Part shown: in pieces, positions 36,841-49,500 of the stretch | How positions within the stretch are numbered: position 1 is the first letter of the stretch | Layout: each line of letters starts with the position of its first letter | Assembly: GCF_036971445.1 (NCBI RefSeq) | Contig: NC_091470.1 | Span: 185,132,001 to 185,196,000 of the forward strand | Length of the DNA stretch: 64,000 bases | Origin: Narcine bancroftii | Lineage: Eukaryota | Reading direction: 5' to 3' | Position numbers and translations under genes: made by a program | Notes under the pieces: model-generated | Databases searched by the model: none | Told to the model about the DNA's origin: nothing | What the model saw: only the letters and a program-made list of their open reading frames with translations

Positions 36841-38239
36841 GGGAACACTTCTGCCCTTTGACCTCCCCTTTACTCCTCAGCCCTGACATGGATGGGTAAC
36901 CCCCTTCCTACCCCCTCAAGTGGGACCCAAGGGCAGCCAGTGACCTCACTCCTCAGTGCGCAGCCGCCATTGGCCGGAGGTCCCGGCAGCCATTTTGGTT
37001 GTGCCATTTTGTGCGCTGCAATTGACTGTATAGCCAAGATGCCCCTGCCCCTTCTGATGGAACTTAGGGCAGGTTTTGGTAGGGGGCAGAGAGATTGGAA
37101 GGTCATGCCATGACTGATGTCCTAAAACCTAAGCGCCCTGTTGGCCAATGGGCAGCCATTTTGTCTGTGGAGGCATCCCGCTGCCTGCTAATTGGAGGAG
37201 ACGGGATGACTTTTTTGGTCTGTGGGAGGTGAGGTAGCAAAGGTCAAGTGGTTATGCATGAGCCTCACTCCCTCAACCCTTGCAAAGGAGATGGAAGGGC
37301 CTTTTTCCCCAAGCCCTTTACTCAATGGGCAATTGGGCAACTATATTGTCAGTCCGCACCCCCACCCCAAAACTCCCCATACGGAGAGGAGGAAGAGAGA
37401 GAGCCTCCTGGGATGAGTCAGACATCAGGACCAGAGTCTGAGGGGGACAAGGTGTGGGGAGGGTGGAGGAAGCATCTACAATGAAAGGCAGGGCGTGGGT
37501 GTACAGAGGATCCCAGCATCCCATCCATCAAGGGAAGGGTGCGGGCAGTGAGGAAGGCATGGCAGATGGGACATTGGGTTCCGTCATTCATGCCATTGCT
37601 GTGTATAAAACACCCTAACTCTTTCTCACCTATTCTCTTTCCTCCCTCTCCATCTCTCTGCCCTTTCAGCCACCCATTCTCTCTCCCCCTCACCATGCTT
37701 CCCATCTCCTCTAACTTTCTTTGCCTCCCTACATCCCTTTTTCTCCCCTCACCCTCCCACTCTTTCACCCCCTTTTTTCCCTCTCCCACCTGCTTTCCTC
37801 CATCTCCCCTCCCCCTCCTCCACCCACCTCTCTCCCCCTCCCCTTCCCCCTTTCACCCCTTTTCCTCTCCCTCCCCCTTTCCTCCCTCTCTCATTTCCCC
37901 ACCCCCTTTCCTCCCTCTCTCATTTCCCCTCTCCCACCCCCTTTCTTCCCTCTCTCATTTCCCCTCTCCCCTCCCCCACCCCCTTTCCTCCCTCTCTCAT
38001 TCCCTCTCTCCCACCCCCTTTCCTCCCTCTCTCATTCCCCCTCTCCCACCCCCTTTCTCCTCCCACCCCCTTTTCTCCCTCTCTCCCACCTCCCACTCTC
38101 TCCCACCCCCCCCACCCCCACCTCCCCCTCTCTCCCCCCCGCCCCAACTCCACTCCCAGGAAGGGAGCACCGACGTTTTCAACCAGTATTAATGATCCTC
38201 GCCCAATGGTTGGTGAGAGGAAATTAATACAACCAGAAA

Positions 38240-38485
38240 ATATGATTGTTCGGCCTTCGCTTTCGTGCTAGCCCACGAGTGTGCCCATGCGAGCTGTGTC
38301 TCCTCGGGCGCATGCGTCCTTCCTTCGGAATGCCCAGTACCGCCGTGTACCGGGGCGCGCACGCGCGCTGGTCCGGGGTGGGAGCCGTCAAGGCCGGCAG
38401 ACCTGCTGCTCAGGCGCGCGGCGATGGGATTGGTTTGGGCAGGAAATTCAAATTTAGAGCGGGGCGGGACTTCCTGAGAGGTGGG
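38240..38485 (+). promoter_or_regulatory. CpG island / likely promoter of MS4A-like gene B
   Basis: CpG-dense; NRF1-like GCGCATGCG, inverted CCAAT, GC box GGGGCGGG, ETS ACTTCCTG; candidate donor gag|gtggga at 38480. Confidence 0.55.
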
Positions 38486-38630
38486 ATGGGAGGGGGAAGG
38501 CCAGAGAGATGATATGGGAGGGGGAAGGCCAGAGAGATGATATGGGAGGGGGAAGGCCAGAGAGATGATATGGGAGGGGGAAGGCCAGAGAGATGATATG
38601 GGAGGGGGAAGGCCAGTAAGATGATATGGG
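38486..38630. repeat. 28-bp tandem repeat (ATGGGAGGGGGAAGGCCAGAGAGATGAT), ~4-5 copies
   Basis: Directly visible. Confidence 0.85.
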
Positions 38631-39659
38631 GGGAGGGGAGAGAGGAGGAAGGAGGTAGAGAGAGTGGAAGGAGAGAGGGAGGAAGGCCAGAGAGGTGATA
38701 TGTTGGGGGGGGGGAGGGCAGGGAAAGGGAAAAGGAAAAGGGGGGGAGGGCAGGGAAAAGGGGGGGGGGAGGGTAGGGAAAAAGAAAAGGGGGGGAGGGC
38801 AGGGTAAAGGAAAAGGGGAGGGAGGAGGTAGAGAGAGTGAGAGGGGGCAAGAGAGAAAGGAGAGATAGGAACCGAGAGAGGGGGGGGGGGTAGATAGATA
38901 GAGGAGAGAGAAGGGGAGACGGAGGTGAGAGAAAGAGGAAGATCATAAGGGATGAGGGGCAGAGAGATAGGAGAGATAGAGGAGGGAGAAAGACAGGGGA
39001 TAGAGATGGAGGAGGGAGGAGAGACAGAGGAGGGCTGAGATGGTGGAAAAACGAGATGGAGAAAGGGGAGAAACAGACAAGGAAGGGAGAGAGTGAGGCG
39101 GTGAGAGATGAGAGATGGGGAGAGAAGCAGACGAAGAGAAAGAGGGGAAAGATGAGGGAGAGAGGGAGAATATGTGGAGAGAAGAGAGGTGGATGGGATA
39201 GGAAAGGGGAAAGAGAGGTTGGGAGAGTGTTGCAAAGAGGGGCTTTGTGAGAGAGGGGGTGAGAAAGTGGAAAGAGGATGGAGGGATAGGAGGGTAGAGA
39301 GGGGGGAGTTGTATTGGGTGGGTGGAGGATGAAGGTAGGTGGATGGAGTTACAGAGACAGGGAGGTTTTCAGGTGGTGGGATTTGAAATGACCACCAAAT
39401 AATTCCAGAACCAACGTCTTCCCCTCTCCCCACTTGCTCTCCCCATTCTCTCTCCCTCCTACTCTCCCCCACACTCCTCCACTTTCCCACCCACTCTCTT
39501 CCACTCTCTCCTCCGACTCTCCCCGCACCCCCTTTCCCCCCACTATCTCTGCCCTCACTCTCTCACCCCTCTTCCCCTCTTCCTTCCTTTCAATTACTCC
39601 TCCCTCTGTTTACTTCCTCTCCTCACACACCCTCCCTCTCTCTCCCCAAAGGCAGGGAC

Positions 39660-42600
39660 ATGTCGACACTCTATATTGAGGCAGTTGCTGAGCATGGAAA
39701 TTGTCTCCAACGTCTCAGCTTTTTTGTGCGGAGAGAGCTGAAAATCTTCGGGGTGAGTGAGCACCTCATCCCCTCACATCTCCCCTGAGAAACTGATGTA
39801 TGCTGGGTTCCGGAGGGAGTTGCAGAGACAGGGATGGGTGTAGGGAATGGGAGGGGGTTACAGAGACGGAGCGATGTAGGGAACTGGAGGGGGTTACAGA
39901 GACAGGGAGGGGAGTAGGGGACTGCAAGGCGATTACAGAGATCGGAGGGGGTGTAGGGAGCTGAAGAGACAGGGAGGGGAGTAGGGGACTGGAAGGGATT
40001 ACAGAGACAGGGAGGGATGTCAGGGACTGGAGGAGGTTACAGAGACATGGAGTGATGTGGAGGACTATAGGGGAGGGGTTACAGAACATGTAAAAATTTA
40101 GGGGACTGGAGGGAGGTTGCAGAGACAGGGTGGGGTGTTGGGAACCAGAGGGAACTACAGAGATAGGGCCAGAGGGGGCTTACAGGGATAGGGAGCAGTG
40201 TTGGGGACATGAGGGCATTACAGGGACAGGTCGTGGACTGGAGTGGGTTAGAGAGATAGAAGGATGTAGCTGACCAGAGGGGTGTTACAGAGACAAGAAG
40301 GGGTGTAGGGAGGTTACAGAAATTGGAGTGTTCAGTTCTGGTTGCCCTCATTACAGGAGGGATGTGGAATTGTGGAGAGGGTGCAAAGGAGATATCCCAG
40401 GATATTGCCTGGAGTGGAAAATATACCTTATGAGGCAAGGTGAGGAAAGCGAGGGCTTTTCACTTTGGAATGAAGGATGAGAGGTGACTTAATAGAGATG
40501 GACAAGATTATGAGAGGCATAGATAAGGCAGACAGCTTTTACCAGGGTGGGAGTAGCAAACACCTGTACAAAGACATCTGTACAAAGTGAGGGGGGGGGG
40601 TGGAGGTTTAGGGGAGACATTTTTGTTTACACATAGAGATGTGGATGCCTGGGAAACATTGGCAGAGGTGGTGGTAAAAGCCGGTACAATCGACATTTAA
40701 AAGACTTAAACTGGCACATGGATAAATAGATGGTTAGAGGTGTGAGGGAGGGAGGGAAGGGAAGGCTTTGCATCTGTTGGGCTGGTGATGAAGGGATTGT
40801 GTGTCTTCTGTGTTTACAGCAAAGGGAACCAATGACCTCTCTCCCCACCCCTCCCCCAGATCACAGAGATAATTATTGGCATTGCCCAGATCACCTTCGG
40901 ACTCCCGCTGAATTTCACAGAGCAGTACATGTTGGTCGTGCTGATCGGAGTTCCCTGGTGGACAGGGATCTGGGTGGGTTACCCCAATTCCTGCCCTGTC
41001 TCAAACTCCTGCCTCGTCTCCCTCCAACCCCTCCCCATCTCTCCCCAGCCCTTCCCCATCTCCCCCACCCACTCCCCATCACCCCTTCCCACCCTGTCTC
41101 CTCTCCACCCTGCCCCCACACCCCACCCCTTCTCCCCCACACACCCCCCTGTGACCCCCACCTTGTGACAACCACCCTGTCACTCTGCCCTGTCTCCCCC
41201 ACAACTCCTCCCCATCTTCCCACACTCCCGCCTCATCTTACCCCATAAGCCCTCCCCATCTCCTCCACACTTCTGCTTCATCATCCCCCACTCACTGTTT
41301 CCCCCACACCCCCTCTGTGTCTCCCACACTCCTTCTTATCTCTCCCATGCTACCACCCCATCTCCCCACACCCCAAACTTATCACACCCCTGCCCCATCT
41401 CTCCATCCCGTCTCCCCGCTCCATCTCCCCCACAATCCTGCCCCATCTCTCCCCACTCTTGCTCTCCCCTACACCCCCACCTTGTCTCCCCCACAACCCC
41501 TCACCTTCCCCTCCACACCACCACACCGTCTCCCCCATCCCCACCCCATCTCTACCCAACCCCTCCATGTCACCCCCCAACTCCTGCCCCATATTCCACA
41601 GAGCTCTATCCCATCTCTACAACCACCCATCCCCATTTCACCCCACTCCATCCCTGTCTTCCTCCCACTCCCACCTCATCACCCCCATTCTCACCTCTCT
41701 CCCCTACACCAGCGCCCTCACTCCCCCACACCAGCGCCCTCACTCCCCTACACCTCTCCCCATCTCCACTCCTCTCCATTTCCCCCACCCTGCTCCTTCT
41801 TCCCCCACCCCTCCGTCTCCTCTCCACTCGTTCCCTGTTTCTCCCAATCCACACCTTGTCTCCCTCAATCCTGCCTCAATCATCCTCCCATCCCTGCCCC
41901 AATGACCCCTTCACCCCTGCCCCATCTACCTCCCACCCCTCTCCATATCTCCCCATGATCAACCCTCTGCCAATGGGAGCCGACGTGTAGAGAGAGCTGG
42001 GTAGGGTGGAGGAGGAAAAGTCTCGGGAGGGGGGAGAGGGGAAAGTCTCAGGATGGGAGAGGAGAGAGCATTAGATGTGTGAGGGAGGGAAGGGAAGGCT
42101 TTGCATCTGTTGGGCTGGTGATGAAGGGATTGTGTGTCTTCTGTGTTTACAGCAAAGGGAACCAATGACCAATGGGAGGTCTCAGGACGGGGGTGGGGGA
42201 AAGTCGGGGCGGGGACAGGGGAAACCCTCGAGACGAGGCAAAGTCTCAGGACGGGGAGTGGGGGGATGTCTCAGGATAGGAAGGAGGGGGAAATCTCGGG
42301 ATGGGGAAAGGAAATTTCTTGGGTCAGCAAGGGGGAAGTCTTGGAATGGAATGGAGGGGAGGGAGAGGGAAAGTCTCAGGACTGGGAGGGGAGTGGTTGG
42401 GGAGGATGAAGGATGTAACTGAATTTGTGTAACCATCTGGTTTCTCCTCCCAGTACATCATTGCTGGGTCCTTGGTGGTCGACATCATCAATACCTCCAA
42501 CACGCATCTCGTGAGTGGTCTGCCCTGTCTATCACCACCTCCCCTCCCCACTGTCTTTCTTCCCCCATCTTCTCCTCCCCAACCTTTTCCTTCCCCTTCC

Positions 42601-43720
42601 CGTCTCCCCAATGCTTACCCCTGTCTCCCCTACTCACTCTCATCCACTCTCTCCGCCTCACTCCTCCCCCTCTCTCACCCCCCCACCCTTCCTCACCCCC
42701 CACCCTTCCTCACCCCCCACCCTTCCTCACCCCCCACCCTTCCTCACCCCCCACCCTTCCTCACCCCCCACCCTTCCTCACCCCCCACCCTTCCTCACCC
42801 CCCACCCTTCCTCACCCCCCACCCTTCCTCACCCCCCACCCTTCCTCACCCCCCACCCTTCCTCACCCCCCACCCTTCCTCACCCCCCACCCTTCCTCAC
42901 CCCCCACCCTTCCTCACCCCGCACCCTTCCTCACCCCGCACCCTTCCTCACCACTTTCCCACTTTCTCCCTTGCTCTCTCTCTCCCATTCATTCTCCCCT
43001 TTCCCTTCCTCTCCACTCTTTCTCTCCCACTCCTTGTATCTCTCCTCTCTCACCCTTTTCCCTACCTTCTCTCCCCCACTCTAAACCCCTCCCCCCTCTC
43101 TGCTCCCTCTCTCCCACAGACTCAATTCCCCCTTTCTCTCCCCACCCCCCGACTCAATTCTCCATCTTTCTCACAACCCCCCCCCCCTTACTGGTGTCAG
43201 CACTGACCTCTCTCTTTCTCTGTCTGCAGAAGCAGGTCATCGCTCTGACCCACATCATCAGCACCGTTGCTGCAACGACTGCAGCAGGAGCCTACTTCAT
43301 CTCAATTTACCTGATGCCGCCGCTTAACAACTTCTTCATTGTGAGTCCCCTGTATTTGATTAGGGGAGAGATTTAGGGGATAGATAGGGGAGAGAAAGGG
43401 TCAGAGAGAGGAGGAATAGAGAGGAAGGGAAAGAGCAACGAGAGAGGGGGAAGATGATATTTTTAAACCCTCTGCTCCCTCTTTCTCCCCATTTCTCCCC
43501 CTTTGCCTCTTCCCTTCCTATCTCTCTCCCATCCCCTTTCCCTTAACCCTCCCCTTCCCCTCCCCATCACATCTCCCTCTCCTCTCCCCACTTTCTCTCC
43601 CCCTCTCCTCCACCTCCATCTCCCCCTCTTGCTCCCTCTCTATCCCCTCTCTTCCTTTCCCCTTCCCCCTCTCTCTACCCTCTCTCTCTCCTCCCCCATC
43701 TCCCTCCAACCCACCCTTCA

Positions 43721-43753
<33 letters not shown>

Positions 43754-44083
43754 CCCCCCCCCCCCCCCCCACAGTTCCAGCCGGTTCTCCTGCTCCTGTT
43801 CCTCATGGTCCTGTGTGTGGTCGAACTGGTCGTGGCCTCTCTCATTCTCTTCTTGCATTGTGTGCTCATCACTCAGGAGATTCAGCGTAAGTCAGCTTGG
43901 TCCCTCCCTCTCCCCTACCCCACCACTGTCATGTCCCCTCTCCCCTCACCCACGTTCTGTTCAGGTTGAGGGGGTGGGGGTTGAATGAAATTGGAGTCAG
44001 GCAGAATCGCTCCCTCCCCACTGACCTGTGTCTCCGTCTCCACAGTCATTCTGGCGTCCAGACACTCCCTGAGTCAGCACTGA
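39660..44083 (+). CDS. MS4A (CD20-like) tetraspan membrane protein, gene B, ~174 aa, 6 coding exons
   Basis: Exons 39660-39752 (MSTLYIEAVAEHGNCLQRLSFFVRRELKIFG), 40860-40973 (ITEIIIGIAQITFGLPLNFTEQYMLVVLIGVPWWTGIW), 42454-42510 (YIIAGSLVVDIINTSNTHL, 57 bp), 43230-43340 (KQVIALTHIISTVAATTAAGAYFISIYLMPPLNNFFI), 43775-43886 (FQPVLLLLFLMVLCVVELVVASLILFLHCVLITQEIQ), 44046-44083 (LILASRHSLSQH*). All GT-AG with an open frame; AATAAA at 44605. Confidence 0.85.
40320..40735 (+). mobile_element. CR1 3' fragment in an MS4A-B intron
   Basis: Degenerate VQFW.PHYRRDV..ERVQRR..RILPG; RGDLIEM.KIMRGID. Confidence 0.7.
42675..42950. repeat. 17-bp tandem repeat (CCCCCACCCTTCCTCAC)n, ~16 copies
   Basis: Directly visible near-perfect array. 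Confidence 0.92.
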
Positions 44084-46581
44084 GGTCTCCAGATGTCTGA
44101 GAGCTGTCTGTAGCCATCTGCTCCGTGTCGCACCCCCCCCCCCCCTTCCTCCCCCCCTTCTCTGGCTCCCTTCCCTTCTGCCTTCCTTGTCCCTGTAACA
44201 CCCTCCATGTCTCTGTGACACTCTCCGGACCCCTACACCCCTCTCTTTCTCTGTAACCCTCTCTGGTCCTCTCCTCCAATCCCCAACACCCCTCCTTGTC
44301 TGTGTAACCCTACCCTCACTATTTCTGTAACCCCCTCCAGTCCCCTATGCCCTCCCTATCTCTTTAACCCCCTCCGGACCCTACACTCCTCTCTGTTTCT
44401 GTATTCCTGTATGGTCACCTGCACCCTTCTTTGTCTCTAACCCCTTTCTGGCCCCATACATCATTCTCTTTCTCAGTAACTTGCCTACACCCCTCCCCAT
44501 TTCTAACCCTCACTGGTCCCCTACCCTCCCTGTTTCTGTAATCCCCACCTCCAGTCCCCTACACCCTCCCCTCCAGATTTCCATAAAGTTTTGTAATTAT
44601 TCTCAATAAATTTATCAGTACTCAGCTGTCAGGTCTGAACTTAATCCATCACTGGACTCTAATGGCACACTCCAGTCAGCCAATCTCCCTCCCTCCCTCC
44701 CTCCCTTCTTACCACCCCTTCCTCTCCACACCCTTCCTCCTCACTCTCCTTCCTTCCCTCCCTCCCCCACTGCCACCTCCCCCCTTGCCTCCCCCCCTCC
44801 TTGCCAGCCCTCCCCCTCACAGACCCTCCCAATCGCCCCTCCCCCCTCACCGTTTCCCCCCCCCCCACCGCCGTCTCTCCACGCAGCATGTAGAACAGAG
44901 AGGTACAAAGTCCAACACATGAATAGTGGGGAGTGTCGCTGAACAGAGAAACATTGGTGTTCAGGGACCACACAGTGAACGGTGGGAAGTCTTGTAGAAA
45001 AGAGAGAGATCAGGGTACAGAGACTGACACGATGAATGGAGGAGAGGGTTGTAGGTCAGAGTGACCTCCAGGCACAGGGGCTGATATGGTAAACATTGGA
45101 GAGTGTCAAAGAATGGAAGACCTCGGGGGTACAAGGGTGGGATGCATCTCCCTGGCAGTGCCAACAGCAGACAAGACAGCTCCTCCAGACTCCTGATGGA
45201 GATGGTAAAGGACACACAGCGGTGTGACCCCTCCAGACACCCTCAAGGTGAAGCACAGCTACAGCCCACCTGGTGGAGATCGGACGGACAGCTCGAGTTA
45301 GTACCTCCATGTAATTATCCAGTCTTTCCTTAAATGTAAATAACGTCTTTGCTTCAACCACCTCTGCTGGAAGCTTATTCCACATCCCAACCACCCTTTG
45401 CGTGAAGAAATTTCCCCTCAGGTTCCCCTTATAATTTTACCCCTGCAATCTCAAACCATGGCCTCTGGTTTGAATATCCCCCACTCTTAATTGAAAAAGC
45501 CTATCTACGTTGACTCTCTCTGTCCCTTTTAAAATCTTGAACACCTCCATCAAATCCCCCCTCAATCTTCTGCGCTCCAGAGAAAAAAGCCTCAGGCTGC
45601 TCAACCTTTCTCTGTAACTCAAACCTTGACATCCTGTCAACATTCTCGTGAACCTTCTCTGCACTCTCTCTATTTTGTTTATATCCTTCCTATAATTCGG
45701 TGACCAAAACTGCACACAGTATTCCAAACTTGGCCTCACCAATGCTTTGTACAATTTCATCATAACATCCCTACTCTTGAATTCAATACTCCGATTTATG
45801 AAGGCCAACATTCCAAATGCCTTCTTCACCACTCTATCTACCTGAGTATCAACTTTGAGGGTACTATTTGCCATAACTCCTAAATCCCTTTGTTGCTCTG
45901 CACTTCTCAATTGTCTACCATTCAATGTATATGATCTATTTAGATTTGCCTTTCCAAAATGCAACTCTTCACACTTATCCGTATTAAATTCCATCAACCA
46001 TTTTTCAGCCCACTCCTTGAGCTTTCCTATATCTCTTTTTAAGCTACGGTAATCTTTCTCACTGTCCACAATACCACCAATCTTTGTATCATCTGCAAAC
46101 TTACTTATCCAATTTACCACCCCTTCTTCCAGATCATTAATATATATAACAAACAATAGTGGACCCAGGACCGATCCCTGAAGAACTCCACTAGTCACCG
46201 GCCTCCAATTTGACAAACAATTTTCTACCAGTACTCTCTGACACCTCCCAACCAACCATTTCTGAATCCATTTCACTACCTCCTTATTTATACCTAATGC
46301 CTCCACCTTTTTTCCTAACCTCCTGTGGAGAACTTTGTCAAAAGCTTTACTAAAGTCTAAATAGACAACATCTACACCCTTCCCTTCATCAATCTTTTTT
46401 GTAACCCCCTCAAAAAAGGTTTGTTAAGCATGATCTACCCCTGACAAAACCATGCTGACTACTTCCTATCAATCCCTGTTCTTCCAAATATTTGTAAATA
46501 CCATCCCTCAGAACACTTTCCATCATCTTATCCACCACAGACGTCAGACTCACAGGTCTATAATTTCCTGGCTTACATTTG

Positions 46582-49500
46582 TTTTTTTTTAAAACTTTAT
46601 TTAAAGATTTTATAACATGAATAACATATAGGATTACATTTTAAAAAAATTAAGAATAAAATAATAAAATTACAATACAGTATCAATAATCTAAATAAAC
46701 TATACCCTCCCCAATAATTATTACACATTAATAACCCAACTCAAATTGGTCCAACCCCCCCTTTCCCCCCCCAAATAAAGAGTGAAGAATTAATAAAGTT
46801 AATAATATGTGAGAAAAAAAACCCACTTACAAAAAAAAAACAAAAACATAACCGATTAAAATACTAACAAAAAGAAAAGTAATTAATACTAAGATATCAG
46901 ACTTAAAAAACATTTAAATCAAACTTAAATGCATATATTTAACAAACGGAGTTAAGATGAAACATATATTTAACTCAAACTTAATATATAAAAAATTAGT
47001 AAAGTTAGTAACATTATCTATCAAAAATTCTTAAACAATAATCAATTCTTAAAAAAAAATTGTAGCATGAAAAAAAAGAAAAAAAAACTTTCTCTATAGA
47101 GATAAACCTTCACCAAATATCAACTAACTTCACATCTATCATCATATTAGTCACATAAACCACCATCTTAAAACAAAATTCAAACCTCATTAAGCATTGT
47201 ACAATTCAATTTTAGTACTCTTCCACCATTTTTCCCTTTTATTCTTGAATAGTTATCCAATAAAAGCTCCAATACCACGTTTAAATATCCCCAATCATTA
47301 CATTAAAATTCAGATATCCAAATAATAAAAACACATCAACAACGAAATCTATATCTTCAACAAATGGAGCATAAACCACAAACAAAATTCAAGCCTCATT
47401 AAGAATTGTACAATTCGAGAGGAGTCACGTGATGGAGTAGTGGCCAGACGGTGAACTCCAGCCCTCTCCAGAAAAGTCGGGAAAAACAAAGGAAAACACA
47501 AAGGCACAGAAATAAAAGTTACAGAAAAGTGAGTATAAAGGTGGAAAGAAGATGGCGACAAAAAAAGAAAAATCGAAAGCAACGGTAAGAAGAGAGGAAG
47601 AGAAGACAAAGGAGGAAAAAGGTGAAGGCCTTACCTGTCCGAAGAGGCCCGCTGCGGAGAGAGAAACCCGCTCCCTCAGGTCGGTAAATAATGGACTACA
47701 AAAATGGCTCGCTGAGCCGAGTAAAAGTGCGCAACCGTGCATGCGCGAGGAATCGCGCATGCGCGATGCGAATGAAAAAAAACACACTGACGGGAGGGGG
47801 GACCAGCTGGGGAGTCGATCTCCACAGCCGGCAACGACAGCTGCAGAACACCTGCAGCAAGAAGAGACCACAGAAGACAATAGAAACAAGAAAGAAGAGA
47901 AGGAAAGGGCAACAAAGAAACAACAGATGGCCAACCCAGAGGAAGAAGAGGAAGAGTACAGTGAAATAGAAGAAGAAAAGAAAGGCAAGATAAAGGATAT
48001 ACTTTCTCTTATTAAAGAATACATGGAGTCATTTAAAGAATGGCAAACACAGGAATTTAAGGATTTAAGAAAAAGAATAAACAACACAGAAGAGAAAATG
48101 AATAAAATAGAGATGACCTTAACAGAAATGGGAAAGAAAATGGACAAGATGGAAGAGCGGGCAGTAGCAGCAGAAATGGAGGTAGAAGACTTAAAAAAGA
48201 AATTGGAGGAATCTAATAAAAAAACTAAAGAGACACAAGAACTACTAGCTCAAAAAATAGATACAATGGAAAATTTTAACAGAAGAAATAACATAAGATA
48301 GTGGGCCTTAAGGAAGATGAAGAAGGTAAGAATATGAGGGAGTTTATAAAAGAGTGGATCCCTAAGACCCTAGGATGTCCAGAACTACAGCAAGAAATGG
48401 AAATAGAAAGGGCACATAGAGCATTGGCCTCTAAACCACAACCACAACAAAAACCAAGATCTATTTTAGTAAAATTCCTAAGATATACTACAAGAGAAAA
48501 GGTACTGGAGAAGACAATGGAAAAAGTAAGAGAGGGCAACAAACCACTGGAGTATAAAGGGCAAAGAATCTTCATTTATCCAGATATAAGTTTTGAACTC
48601 CTAAAGAAGAGAAAAGAGTTCAATACAGCAAAGGCGATTTTATGGAAGAAAGGGTATAAATTTATACTAAAGCATCCAGCGGTATTGAAAATATTTATTC
48701 CAGGCCAACAAAACAGACTATTCTCGGATCCAGAAGAAGCACGAAAATTTGCAGAACAATTACAAAAATAGACTGAGGGATGAAGACGGGTAATGAGAGT
48801 AAAAATGATCACGATTGATATGTATGTGGGTAAAGACAAAAATAGACTGAGGGATGAAGACGGGTAATGAGAGTAAAAATGATCACGATTGATATGTATG
48901 CGGGTAAAGAGGTATAAGAGTGAATAGAGACAATGTGCATACGTGAATGTATCTGTACTTAGAGGAAAATATAGATAGTATAGACAAGAATTAATAAGGG
49001 AAGGTAATGGAATAGAGAGAATAAGGAGGGAATTAAAAGAGTGACCTTTGTGACATATGAAAAGTGAAATCTTTTCTGGGGGGGGGCGGGGTGAGGGGAA
49101 ATAGCGGTCACTGCAAAATCAGTTGACGCTTGCGAGTGGATTCGCAAATCCAAATGGAGAGGGGAGATGTGGTTGTCCGACAAGGGATAAAGGACAACTC
49201 AGGAGGGGAAGGGGAGATTGGGGATAAATAAGATAGAAATAGGTGAATAAGGAAAATGTTGGATGTTGTAGGAATGTTGTCTTATAAAGAGTTGAAAATA
49301 AGAAAACAGAAATGGAAAAGGAGGAAAGGTAATGATGGAAAAACGGAAAGAGAAGATAAACAAAATATAAAAGGGCTACGCTGAACTACATGACTTTAAA
49401 TATTAATGGAATACATAACCAAATTAAAAGGAAGAAACTACTAAATTTAAATGAATAAATGTATTCCATTAGAAAAAATAACATATAGGTTAAGAAATAA

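Noticed and set aside
37539-43988. Numerous Pro/Leu/Ser-rich ORFs of 150-430 aa
   Set aside because: Low-complexity intronic pyrimidine/purine tracts; the real coding signal is the short MS4A exons.
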